Source: Myxococcota bacterium (lineage in GTDB: Bacteria; Myxococcota_A; UBA9160; JAFDDA01). From it: a DNA stretch of 64,000 nucleotides. Position 1 is the stretch's first letter; each line of letters opens with the position of its first letter. Both the position numbers and the translations under genes were made by a program. The notes under the pieces were generated by a model, which had not been told where the DNA came from, did no database searches, and saw only the letters and a program-made list of their open reading frames with translations. Location of the stretch: positions 4,000,001 to 4,064,000 of the forward strand of contig OZ245817.1 of assembly GCA_965228475.1 (NCBI GenBank), given 5' to 3'. Shown in pieces: positions 18,336 through 27,381 of this stretch.

Positions 18336-21185
18336 ATGGAACTCGACCACGTCCTCATCCAAGGCGCCCGCGAACACAACCTGAAGTCCGTCGACGTGCG
18401 CATCCCGAAGAAGAAGCTCGTCGTGTTGACGGGGGTTTCGGGGTCGGGGAAGTCGTCGCTGGCGTTCGACACGCTCTATGCGGAGGGGCAGCGGCGCTAC
18501 GTGGAATCGCTCTCGGCCTACGCGCGGCAGTTCCTCGGGCAGATGGAGAAGCCGCGCTACGACCACATCCGCGGGCTCTCGCCGACGATCTCCATCGAGC
18601 AGAAGACGACGGGGACGAACCCCCGCTCCACGGTCGGGACCATCACCGAGATCTCCGACTACCTGCGCGTCCTCTACGCCCGCATCGGCATCCAGCACTG
18701 CCACCGCTGCGGGCGCCGGGTGGCCGGCCAGACCGCCGAGGCGATCGCCCAGGAGCTCGCGAGCCGGCCCTCGGGAACGCGGCTCTGGCTTCTCGCTTCG
18801 CTGCTCGTGAACCGCAAGGGCGAACACCGCGAACTCCTCGAGGACGCCCGCGTCCAGGGCTTCACCCGCCTGCGCGTCGACGGGGCCTTCCACCCGAGCG
18901 AGGAGGTCGAGGCGCTCGACAAGCGCCGGAAGCACACCGTCGAGGCCGTGGTGGACCGCGTCGTCGTGAAGAAGGGCATCGGGAGCCGGCTCGTCGACTC
19001 CGTCGAGACGGCGCTCCGCGTCGGCAAGGGCACGCTCATCGCCTGGACCGAAGAAGGTGGAGACGAGGTCTTCTCGGAGCACCTGGCCTGCTCGTCGTGC
19101 GGCATCTCCTTCCCCGAGCTCACGCCGCAGGCGTTCTCCTTCAACAGCCCCCAGGGCATGTGCGTCGAGTGCAACGGCCTCGGCACGACCGTCGCGATCG
19201 ACCCGGACCTCGTGATCCCGGACGAGACGCTCTCCCTCGCGGAGGGAGCCATCAAACCCTGGGGCGAGCTCACCGACGAGCGAACGGGCTGGTCGAGCCA
19301 GCTCCGGCTCTCGATGTGCCAGGACAACGCGATCCCCCTCGACCGCCCCTGGCGGAAGCTCTCGAAGAAGCACCGCGAGCAGCTCCTGCGCGGCACCGGA
19401 GAGCGCCGCTACGAGATGAAGTGGGAGAACGGCCAGATGCGGGTGCGCTTCGAGGGCGTCATCCCGCGGCTCATGCGCGTCTTCCAGAAGACGAAGTCCG
19501 AGCGGATGAAGCGCTGGTACCAGCAGTTCCTCGCGACGACGCCGTGCGATGCCTGCACGGGCTCCCGGCTCCGGCCGGAGAGCGCCGCGGTGCTCGTCGA
19601 CGGGCGGAGCATCATCGACATCTCGAAGCTCACGATCGACGAGGCCCACGCCTGGATCGCCGGCATGAAGCTCGCGGGCGCGGACAAGAAGATCGCCACC
19701 GAGCTGCGCAAGGAGATCGCCAACCGGCTCGAGTTCCTCGTCTCGGTCGGCCTTTCGTACCTCTCCCTCGAGCGGCCGGGGCCGAGCCTCTCGGGCGGCG
19801 AAGCTCAGCGCATCCGGCTCGCGAGCCAGGTCGGCTCCGAGCTCACCGGGGTGATCTACATCCTCGACGAGCCCTCGATCGGGCTCCACCAACGCGACAA
19901 CCGCAAGCTCCTCGACACGCTCTGCCGGATGCGCGACATCGGCAACACCGTGGTCGTGGTCGAGCACGACGAAGAGACGATCGCGATGGCCGACCGCGTG
20001 ATCGATTTCGGGCCCGGGGCGGGCGTGCGCGGCGGACACGTCGTCCACTCGGGGACGCCGGCGAGCCTCGCCAAGAGCCGGAAGTCCCTCACGGGAGCAT
20101 TCCTCTCGGGCCGCGAGCGGATCGAGGTGCCGGGCGAGCGCCGCACGGCGAGCGGTGCGCTCAAGATCCTCGGCGCCCGCGAGAACAACCTGAAGGACGT
20201 GGACGTCGAGATCCCGCTCGGCGTGCTCACCGCCGTCACCGGAGTTTCCGGGGCGGGCAAGTCGACCCTGGTGAACGACGTGCTCTACCCGGCGCTGCTG
20301 CGCCAGATCCACGGCTCGACGCGCCGCGCCGGACGCCACCGCTCCGTCGACGGCACCGACGCGATCGACAAGGTCGTCGGCATCGACCAACGGCCGATCG
20401 GGCGGACGCCGCGCAGCAACCCGGCGACCTACATCAAGGTCTTCGACGAGATCCGCGCCTTCTTCGCACACCTCCCGGGCGCCCGCGTGCGCGGCTACAA
20501 GCCCGGCCGCTTCTCCTTCAACGTGAAGGGAGGCCGCTGCGAGGCGTGCCAGGGCGATGGCGTGCGCAAGATCGAGATGCACTTCCTCTCGGACGTCTAC
20601 GTGCGCTGCGAGGCGTGCAACGGCCAGCGCTTCAACGAGGCCACGCTCGAGGTCCGCTTCAAGGGCAAGTCGATCGCGGACGTGCTCGACCTGACGGTGG
20701 CCGAGGCGGCCGAGCACTTCGCCGCCCACCCGAAGGTGCTCGCCCCCCTGAAGCTCCTCTGCGAGGTCGGCCTCGACTACCTGAAGCTCGGCCAGCCCTC
20801 GCCGACGCTCTCGGGCGGCGAAGCCCAGCGCATCAAGCTCGCCCGGGAGCTCGCCCGCCGCGCCACCGGCAAGACCTTCTACATCCTCGACGAGCCGACC
20901 ACGGGCCTCCACTTCGACGACGTCCGCAAGCTGCTCGGCGTGCTCGACCGTCTGGTCGAAGCCGGCAACAGCGTGCTCGTGATCGAGCACAACCTCGACG
21001 TGATCAAGACCGCCGACCACGTGATCGACCTCGGGCCCGAGGGCGGCCCGACCGGCGGCCGGATCGTCGCGCGGGGCACCCCCGAAGAAGTCGCACGCGT
21101 GAAGGGCTCCCACACGGGCCGCTTCCTCGCCCCGCTGCTGAGACCGCGCCGAGCCCGTCGAGCCCCCCGGGCGGGAAAACGCTAA
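18336..21185 (+). CDS. uvrA: Excinuclease ABC subunit A
   Basis: GAREHNLK, GVSGSGKSSLAFDTLYAEGQRRY, two ABC domains with LSGGEAQRI, zinc fingers. Confidence 0.99.
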   Translation: MELDHVLIQGAREHNLKSVDVRIPKKKLVVLTGVSGSGKSSLAFDTLYAEGQRRYVESLSAYARQFLGQMEKPRYDHIRGLSPTISIEQKTTGTNPRSTVGTITEISDYLRVLYARIGIQHCHRCGRRVAGQTAEAIAQELASRPSGTRLWLLASLLVNRKGEHRELLEDARVQGFTRLRVDGAFHPSEEVEALDKRRKHTVEAVVDRVVVKKGIGSRLVDSVETALRVGKGTLIAWTEEGGDEVFSEHLACSSCGISFPELTPQAFSFNSPQGMCVECNGLGTTVAIDPDLVIPDETLSLAEGAIKPWGELTDERTGWSSQLRLSMCQDNAIPLDRPWRKLSKKHREQLLRGTGERRYEMKWENGQMRVRFEGVIPRLMRVFQKTKSERMKRWYQQFLATTPCDACTGSRLRPESAAVLVDGRSIIDISKLTIDEAHAWIAGMKLAGADKKIATELRKEIANRLEFLVSVGLSYLSLERPGPSLSGGEAQRIRLASQVGSELTGVIYILDEPSIGLHQRDNRKLLDTLCRMRDIGNTVVVVEHDEETIAMADRVIDFGPGAGVRGGHVVHSGTPASLAKSRKSLTGAFLSGRERIEVPGERRTASGALKILGARENNLKDVDVEIPLGVLTAVTGVSGAGKSTLVNDVLYPALLRQIHGSTRRAGRHRSVDGTDAIDKVVGIDQRPIGRTPRSNPATYIKVFDEIRAFFAHLPGARVRGYKPGRFSFNVKGGRCEACQGDGVRKIEMHFLSDVYVRCEACNGQRFNEATLEVRFKGKSIADVLDLTVAEAAEHFAAHPKVLAPLKLLCEVGLDYLKLGQPSPTLSGGEAQRIKLARELARRATGKTFYILDEPTTGLHFDDVRKLLGVLDRLVEAGNSVLVIEHNLDVIKTADHVIDLGPEGGPTGGRIVARGTPEEVARVKGSHTGRFLAPLLRPRRARRAPRAGKR

Positions 21186-21194
21186 GCACGACGC

Positions 21195-21920
21195 GTGGCG
21201 CATCTCGAACGGCTCGCCATCACGGTGGCGTTCCTCACGCTCACCTTCATCGGCTACTTCTGGATCGGACTCACCACCGATCCGGGCGAGGCCCGCTCGC
21301 TCGCGACGCCCCTCGACGCACGTATTCCGTTCGTTCCGGCCTCGATCGTGGTCTACGCGGGCGTCTACATCCTGATCACGCTGCCCGTGTTCCTCGTCGA
21401 GAGCCGGGCGCTGTTCGCCCGGATCGTCGTCGCGTACCTCTTCGTGGTCTTCGTCTGCCTGCTTTCCTTCGCCCTGTTCCCGGTGAGCGGCGCGGCGCTC
21501 CGCCCCGACCTCTCCGAGCTCGAGATCCATCCGTTCCTGCTCTGGGGTCTGAAGACGAACTACGGCCTCGACCCGCCGGTGAACCTCTTTCCTTCGATGC
21601 ACCTCGCCGGCGCCACGATCGCCGCGCTCGCGGTCGGCAAGGCCCGGCGCCGCGATGGCTGGATCGCGGGGGCCGCGGTCGTCCCCGTCGCCATCGCGGT
21701 CTGCACGGTGAAACAGCACTTCTGGGTCGACGCCGTCGCGGGCATCGCGCTCGGCTTCGCGGGCTTCGCCCTGCTGCTCCGGCGCTTCGAGCTGCCGCCC
21801 GGCGAACGAGCCTCGCGCGGCCCGGGCGGCTGGGCCGCCTTTGGCGCCCTCGCGGCATCGCTCTACGCCGGGCTCTACGCCGCCTACCGGGTGGGCATCG
21901 AGCCCTGGGGCTGGCTCTAG
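21195..21920 (+). CDS. PAP2-family membrane phosphatase/phosphotransferase
   Basis: Multiple transmembrane segments; NLFPSMH and KQHFWVDAVAG motifs. Confidence 0.85.
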   Translation: MAHLERLAITVAFLTLTFIGYFWIGLTTDPGEARSLATPLDARIPFVPASIVVYAGVYILITLPVFLVESRALFARIVVAYLFVVFVCLLSFALFPVSGAALRPDLSELEIHPFLLWGLKTNYGLDPPVNLFPSMHLAGATIAALAVGKARRRDGWIAGAAVVPVAIAVCTVKQHFWVDAVAGIALGFAGFALLLRRFELPPGERASRGPGGWAAFGALAASLYAGLYAAYRVGIEPWGWL

Positions 21921-22969
21921 CCGACGCCCTCGGCGAGCTCCGGCCGGGCCGGCACGCAGGGCGTTCCACCGCTGCGAGTGAGCATCTCGCTGAGCGCGTG
22001 GACGGTCGCGGCGGCATCGTTCTCGGCCCAGCGCTCCGGGTCGATCGGGTTCGCGACCGAGAAGACGTGGAAGGTCCGCCGCGGGTCGAGCAGGCGCAAG
22101 CCCGGCCGGCTCACCTCGACCGTGACGCTCGGCGTCCCGAGGCCGTGCATCAGGTACGGGTCGAGCTGTCCGACGATCGCCGCCGAGCGCTCGCGGATCG
22201 GCCGGTAGCGCCGGTGCGGCTGCCGCGATTGGAACGGGCCGTCGAAGACGTCGAGCAGGGCGCGCGCCTTCTTTTCGTCCGTCGGCAGGATCTCGGGCAT
22301 GAAGACGACGCAGCCGAAGCTGTGGAAGTTCACGGCGGCACAGAACGCCTCGCGTTTGGCGAAGCGGGCGAGCGCCGCGCACTCGGACTCCGAAAGCGGT
22401 TGCGGCCCCTTGTAGTAGGCCGAGCCCGGCTTGTCGCGCCCGGTGTTCCAGGCGCCCTTGCCGGCGGTCGCCGGGAGATACGGGAAGTTCCGGTTCGGAT
22501 CGACGCCGCCGGCGGTGAAGCGGGAGCCGCCGATGCTCGTCCGGCCGTCGTTTCGCCAGATTCGCGCCGCACCGTCGGGGTTCAGCAGCGGAATCACCAC
22601 CACCTCGGCCGCATCGAGGAGCGCGCGCGCCTCCGCGTCCCGTCCCGAAAGGAGACGTTTCGCGACCCGTCGCGCGACGTAGCTCCCGATGTACTCGACG
22701 GCGTGGATGTGCGCCGTGACGAGCAGGCGCGGCTTGCCCTCGGCGGGGCCGCGGGAGAGCCGGAAGGCGCGGATCGGCCGTCCTTCCTGGGAGCGGCCGA
22801 TCTCCTCGACGCGACACGTCTCGGGGTGCCCCGCCGCCAGGGCATCCATCTCCGCCTCGGCTTCGTCGGGCGAGGGGTAGCGCGAATCCTCGAGACGATG
22901 CGGGAAGAGCATGCCGATCGCGGCGGCACCGAGGAACACGAGCAACCCGCAGAAGAACGTTCCGATCAA
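21917..22969 (-). CDS. M14-family zinc carboxypeptidase-like protein
   Basis: IGRSQEGRPI, HIHAVE (HxxE), NPDG, DPNRNFP, NFHSFG; start inferred at a TTG overlapping the upstream stop. Confidence 0.85.
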   Translation of the reverse strand: MIGTFFCGLLVFLGAAAIGMLFPHRLEDSRYPSPDEAEAEMDALAAGHPETCRVEEIGRSQEGRPIRAFRLSRGPAEGKPRLLVTAHIHAVEYIGSYVARRVAKRLLSGRDAEARALLDAAEVVVIPLLNPDGAARIWRNDGRTSIGGSRFTAGGVDPNRNFPYLPATAGKGAWNTGRDKPGSAYYKGPQPLSESECAALARFAKREAFCAAVNFHSFGCVVFMPEILPTDEKKARALLDVFDGPFQSRQPHRRYRPIRERSAAIVGQLDPYLMHGLGTPSVTVEVSRPGLRLLDPRRTFHVFSVANPIDPERWAENDAAATVHALSEMLTRSGGTPCVPARPELAEGVG

Positions 22970-24081
22970 AGGGTGAGCTCCGGGTCGAACCACTCGAGGA
23001 TCTTCGGGTTCTCCTCGCGCGGGTAGGTGTGGGAGAGATCGTCGATCTCGCGGAACCGGACGTCCGCCCCCGCTTCGCCGAGCACGCGCGCAGCCTCCCG
23101 CGCGAGCGCGATGGGAAACATCCAGTCGAGGGCACCGTGAACCAGGTAGATGCGGCGGCCGCGCACCCGCTCGAGGTTGCCGTTCGCGAAGTTGGCGGGA
23201 TGGAGCACGCCGGAGATCGGCGCGAGGGCCGTGAAGGGAGCGTCTTCGGCCAGGCCCGTGAGCAGCGTGTAGGTCGCGCCGTCCGAGAGGCCCGTCAAAA
23301 GGATCCGCTCCGGGTCGACCCGCCAGCGTTCGCGCACCCAGGCGACCATCGAACGCAACGCCGGGCCGTCGCGGTCCGGGCCGTTCATGGACCAGGTCGT
23401 TCCCTGGGACGTCGGCGCGAGCAGCAGACAACCCCGGCTTCGGGCTTCGCGCAGCCACGTCCAGAGGAAATCCCTGCCGTGGCCGAAGCCGCCGTGCAGG
23501 GCCACCACGAGCGGCCACGCTTCGTTTCCCGCGGCGTCGTAGCGCTCGGGAACGTAGAGGCGGAAGCCGCCGCGGCCTTCCGGGTCGCCGGCCACCTGAA
23601 GTCCGGTCGGTTCGGATCCCGCATGGGCTTCCAGCGCTTCGCGCGACACCCGGGCGCCGGGTTCGAGGAACCAGTCGCTGACGGGCGGGAAGACGCGGCG
23701 CAGCGGGTAGAGCGCCTCCTGCGCCCGGGCATGCTGACTCATGGCCTCGAGCATTCGTGGCGCAGCCTCGTGGGCGGGCGCCGGCGCAACGAAGGTCTCG
23801 AGCGCCCGGTCGCCGAGGCCCACCGCCTCGGACCAGTGGCGGTGGAGTTCGAGAAGATCGGAAGGCGGCGACGCGGTTTCGAGCGCCTCCCGTGCGGCCG
23901 CGAGGCGCTCCCGGAAGGGCCGGAGCTCCCCCCGGAGGCCTGCGATCTCCGGTGGGTGGAGACGCCGGAGCGCCGTCTCGAGCGCCGAGAGCGCGGCCAG
24001 CAACGCGCCGCCCGAACGGGCGAGCCGCTCGCGGTATTCGTCCGAGCCGGGCTTGCCGGGGGAGTTCGATGGTGCCGACAT
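22966..24081 (-). CDS. Phospholipase/carboxylesterase (alpha/beta hydrolase)
   Basis: PLVVALHGGFG, GLSDG nucleophile elbow, HGALDWMF, LSHTYP. Confidence 0.85.
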   Translation of the reverse strand: MSAPSNSPGKPGSDEYRERLARSGGALLAALSALETALRRLHPPEIAGLRGELRPFRERLAAAREALETASPPSDLLELHRHWSEAVGLGDRALETFVAPAPAHEAAPRMLEAMSQHARAQEALYPLRRVFPPVSDWFLEPGARVSREALEAHAGSEPTGLQVAGDPEGRGGFRLYVPERYDAAGNEAWPLVVALHGGFGHGRDFLWTWLREARSRGCLLLAPTSQGTTWSMNGPDRDGPALRSMVAWVRERWRVDPERILLTGLSDGATYTLLTGLAEDAPFTALAPISGVLHPANFANGNLERVRGRRIYLVHGALDWMFPIALAREAARVLGEAGADVRFREIDDLSHTYPREENPKILEWFDPELTL

Positions 24082-24101
24082 GGAGCCGGGAAGGATACGG
24101 C

Positions 24102-24416
24102 CTAGTGCCGCGTCGCGCCCTCGTCGGGGACGGTGGCGAGGTAGAGCCCGTAGAGCGCGTCGATCATCTCGCTCTGGCGCCGGGCGAGTTCGGCGAGCGC
24201 CTGGGTCGCCCGCTCGCGGCCGGCATCGACGGCCAGCTGGCGATCGAGCGCAGCTTCGACCTCGGCTTCGAGACGCCGCCGCGTCTCGCCCTGGAAGTCG
24301 GCGCGGATTCCGGCCAGCATCTCGGCGAGCTTTCGCGCGAAGGGAGCGAGGTGGCCACCCTCGAGGGCGGCGAGGCGGGCATCGAGGGATTCTCCGGAGC
24401 GGTCGTCGGCGGCCAT
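24102..24416 (-). CDS. Hypothetical small helical protein (104 aa)
   Basis: Compact ORF MAADDRSGESLDARL... filling the gap in a minus-strand gene run. Confidence 0.55.
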   Translation of the reverse strand: MAADDRSGESLDARLAALEGGHLAPFARKLAEMLAGIRADFQGETRRRLEAEVEAALDRQLAVDAGRERATQALAELARRQSEMIDALYGLYLATVPDEGATRH

Positions 24417-24431
24417 CGGAGGCCGACGATC

Positions 24432-24447
24432 TGCAATCCGCGTACCC
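24432..24447 (-). promoter_or_regulatory. Possible sigma54 promoter GGGTACG-CGGA-TTGCA
   Basis: GG-N10-GC spacing and close match to TGGCACG-N4-TTGCW, 15 nt before the ATG at 24416. Confidence 0.45.
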
Positions 24448-24582
24448 CAGCCCGTGCAGCCCCGGTTTCCCACGGCCCGGCGGGCGCCGCGGAGGGCAAT
24501 TGCCGTCGGGCTGCGCGTGCAGCGCGCCCGCACGGAAGTGGAAGGAAGGAACGGCGGGTTCCATCGGAGGGAACCCGACTGC

Positions 24583-24629
24583 CACGAGCCCTAGAAGCCG
24601 GCGCCTCACGAGCCCTAGAAGCCGGCGCC
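24583..24629. repeat. Tandem 23-bp direct repeat CACGAGCCCTAGAAGCCGGCGCC
   Basis: Exact copies at 24583-24605 and 24607-24629, spanning the stop codon of the YdgA-like gene. Confidence 0.85.
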
Positions 24630-26075
24630 GGTGTCCACCACCCGCCCGTTCACGCGAAGCGCACCGCCGCGCATGCGCAGGGAGGTCACGTAGCTCTCGC
24701 CGTGCCGTTCGACCCAGCCGCGCGCGATCCAGTCGGCCGGCCCGCCCTTCGCGAAGGGCAGGTCCGGCATCCCCATGGGTCCGCTCCCGGCGTCCGGCCG
24801 GTCCGTGCGGTCCGTGAGTTCGAAGCTCGGAACGGACGGCGCCGTCCACGCTTCGAACACCGGCACGGGAAGCGCGAGCTCGAGATCGAGCTCGACGGCC
24901 GGGATCGTCATGAGCGGGTGGACGAGCAGGTTCGGCTGGGAGCCGTCGACGCCGATGCGGGCGCTCGCGCGGATCTCCCCCTCGGGCGTCACGAGCCGGA
25001 AGCGCGGGACCTCGGCCACCGGCCCCGCCGCCATCAGCTTCGGCCACAGGGCGCCGAGCGCCCCCACGAGCTCGGCCTTCATCGCCTCCGCGACAGCCGG
25101 GCCGGCGGTGGGCGCGAGCTCGGCGGCCTCGTCCTCCTGGAGGTCGGCCGCGAGCGTTGCGAACTCGACGAGGGGCTCGAGGGCGAGGCCGGCCATGCGG
25201 TAGTCGAGCTCCATCGGTCCGTAGGGCCGGGACGGATCGCCGACCCGGTCGAGCGAGGCCTCGACCTCGATCTCCCAGGCGCCCTCGACGACGTCGCTCG
25301 AATCGCTCCAGGCGAGGTCGTGCAGCTCGAAGCGGCCGTTGCGACCGTTGCGGCCTTCGAACACGAACGTCCGCAGCGCAAAGTGACTTCCGCCGACGAA
25401 GAACGGTGCGTTCGAGAGGTCTCCGACCTCCGGATCGCGCTCGTAGGCAAAGCCGTACTCGAGGCCCGCGAGCCGGAGCTTCTGCTCCTCGCCGTCGAAG
25501 CGCACGAGCGGCACGGCGAACCGGCCATCGAACTGACTTCCGTCGCCGTTGAACGCGAGCTCCGCCTCGGTGCCGTCCCAGTCGACGTGGAGCTCCGGGT
25601 CCTCGAACAGCGCCGCCTCGGCGTCCGGTCGGAGCCGGATCGTACCGTCGCCGCTGCGAGAGACGTGGCTCTCGACGACCACCGGAAGCTCGACGACCTC
25701 GATCGTTTCCTCGTCCTCGAACTCCAGGGTGACGCGAGAGGTCGCCCAGGCGAGCGCCGGGGTTCCGTCGAAGGCCGCGGCGCGCAGCCAGGCCAGGGGG
25801 TACGGCCCGTGGAAGATCCGGTGTTCGAGCACCATGCGCACGGCCTCGTCGGGAGCGCTGGCCGGCGGGGTTTGCAGGACGGGCTCGACCACGGTCGTCG
25901 CCCGCGACGAGAAGAAGCCGCGCTCGTAGCGGGTCGTCTCGAAGGCGAACGCCGGAGGCGACTCGGCGCTCTCGAGCAGGGCTTCGTAGCGCGCCTCGAT
26001 CTCCCGCCCGGCCCACCAGGGGACGAGCGTCACGAGGGCCCAGGCGATGCCCAGGGGCAGGAGCAGACGGCGCAT
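24615..26075 (-). CDS. YdgA/DUF945-family protein
   Basis: PWWAGREIE, YERGFFSSRATT, HRIFHGPYP and C-terminal G.L.VNG are typical of DUF945. Confidence 0.8.
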   Translation of the reverse strand: MRRLLLPLGIAWALVTLVPWWAGREIEARYEALLESAESPPAFAFETTRYERGFFSSRATTVVEPVLQTPPASAPDEAVRMVLEHRIFHGPYPLAWLRAAAFDGTPALAWATSRVTLEFEDEETIEVVELPVVVESHVSRSGDGTIRLRPDAEAALFEDPELHVDWDGTEAELAFNGDGSQFDGRFAVPLVRFDGEEQKLRLAGLEYGFAYERDPEVGDLSNAPFFVGGSHFALRTFVFEGRNGRNGRFELHDLAWSDSSDVVEGAWEIEVEASLDRVGDPSRPYGPMELDYRMAGLALEPLVEFATLAADLQEDEAAELAPTAGPAVAEAMKAELVGALGALWPKLMAAGPVAEVPRFRLVTPEGEIRASARIGVDGSQPNLLVHPLMTIPAVELDLELALPVPVFEAWTAPSVPSFELTDRTDRPDAGSGPMGMPDLPFAKGGPADWIARGWVERHGESYVTSLRMRGGALRVNGRVVDTGAGF

Positions 26076-26216
26076 GAGAGGTCTCCTCGCGCGGGGCAGG
26101 ACGCCCGATCCCTTGCGATTCGACCGATCCGGCCCGCCCCTTGACCGCGCGGAGTTGCCGGTGCGGTGCGTGCGCGATGCGCAGGCATGTCGTCAGGGGG
26201 AGCGGGGCCGCGGGCG

Positions 26217-26942
26217 TCAGGGCTTTCGGCGGCGGCGCGTCACGTCGCGCAGGTCGTCGGGGAGCGCCTTCTGCATCTCGCGGAAGGCCGCGGTGCGTTC
26301 GACGTCGATGCGCCCCTTCTCGTCGATGCGGACGAGCTGCGCCTCGCGCGTCCCCTCGCGGACCCAGTAGACGTGCGGGACGATCGGGTCGCCGCCGTCC
26401 AGGAGGATCTGGACCGAGAGCGTGACGAGAGCGTGGAAGCCGGGAATCGCCCGGGACGACTCGACCGGGTAGCAGAGCGTGGCGTTCCGGTTCGGGATCG
26501 CGAGCATCGTCCCCTGGCTCCCGGCGCAGGTGGGATGGCGCGCTGCCGCGAAGACGTAGGCCGCGCCGAAGGGGTGGTCGCCGTAGAGCAGGGTCACCTG
26601 CACGCCGCCGACGAGCTTCGGGGTCTGCCGGAGCAGCGGGGGCTGAGCGTGCTCGAGGTTGGCGAGGCCGAGCGCGAAGAGTTCCTCGGGCGACCGGCCC
26701 CACGCCTGCGCTTCGCCCACCGTGACGTCGACGGGCGCTCCGTCCACGAGGCGCACGAGGACGGTGCGTGTCTCGAAGAAGTCCTGACGCCAGACCGCGC
26801 CCGGGGCGACGGGGTCTTCGAGGCCCCGGACCTGGACGCGAAGGCGCTCCCGGACCGATTCGAAGGCAGCGGCAGACCGGCCGGGGCCGTCGGCCGGCGC
26901 GGGCCCGGCGAGCAGGATGGCCAGCGCGAACGTCCACGCCAT
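26217..26942 (-). CDS. Hypothetical exported protein
   Basis: Signal-like N-terminus MAWTFALAILLAG; WGRSPEELFALGLANL; in operon after arfB. Confidence 0.6.
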   Translation of the reverse strand: MAWTFALAILLAGPAPADGPGRSAAAFESVRERLRVQVRGLEDPVAPGAVWRQDFFETRTVLVRLVDGAPVDVTVGEAQAWGRSPEELFALGLANLEHAQPPLLRQTPKLVGGVQVTLLYGDHPFGAAYVFAAARHPTCAGSQGTMLAIPNRNATLCYPVESSRAIPGFHALVTLSVQILLDGGDPIVPHVYWVREGTREAQLVRIDEKGRIDVERTAAFREMQKALPDDLRDVTRRRRKP

Positions 26943-26947
26943 GGCCC

Positions 26948-27370
26948 TCAATCGTCGGCTCCCGGCCTGCGCCGGCCGGCCTTCACCGCGGAGCGTTTGC
27001 GCTTCTGCTCGACGCGACGCTCGCGGCTCGCCTTCGTCGGCTTCGTCGCGCGGCGTTTGCGCGGGGCCACGGCCACCTCGTCGAGCAGGGCGTGGAGCTT
27101 CTCCATGCAGTCCGCGACGTTGCGGGCCCGGTCGCGAAAACGCTGGCTGGTGAGGACGAGCTCGCCGTCCTGGGTGATGCGCCGGGCGTGGCGCTCGAGG
27201 AACCGCGCGCGCACCGCGGCGGGAATCGCCGTCGACTCCGCCACGGGCCAGCGCAGGATCGCCTTGGTCTCGACCTTGTTCACGTTCTGGCCGCCGGCGC
27301 CCGAGCTCCGCGCATACTGGAAGCGGATCTCCCGCAGCGGGATGGCGATGCGTCCGGCCCGGGCGGCCAC
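26948..27370 (-). CDS. arfB: Alternative ribosome rescue peptidyl-tRNA hydrolase ArfB
   Basis: RSSGAGGQNVNKVETK (GGQ motif); basic tail RRATKPTKASRERRVEQKRKRS. Confidence 0.93.
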   Translation of the reverse strand: MAARAGRIAIPLREIRFQYARSSGAGGQNVNKVETKAILRWPVAESTAIPAAVRARFLERHARRITQDGELVLTSQRFRDRARNVADCMEKLHALLDEVAVAPRKRRATKPTKASRERRVEQKRKRSAVKAGRRRPGADD

Positions 27371-27381
27371 GGCGAAGGGCC

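Noticed and set aside
18147..23135. 1662-aa antisense ORF over uvrA and similar long shadow ORFs (5078-8065, 19097-23026, 47996-50275 region)
   Set aside because: Expected in high-GC DNA with few off-frame stops; low-complexity translations overlapping well-supported genes
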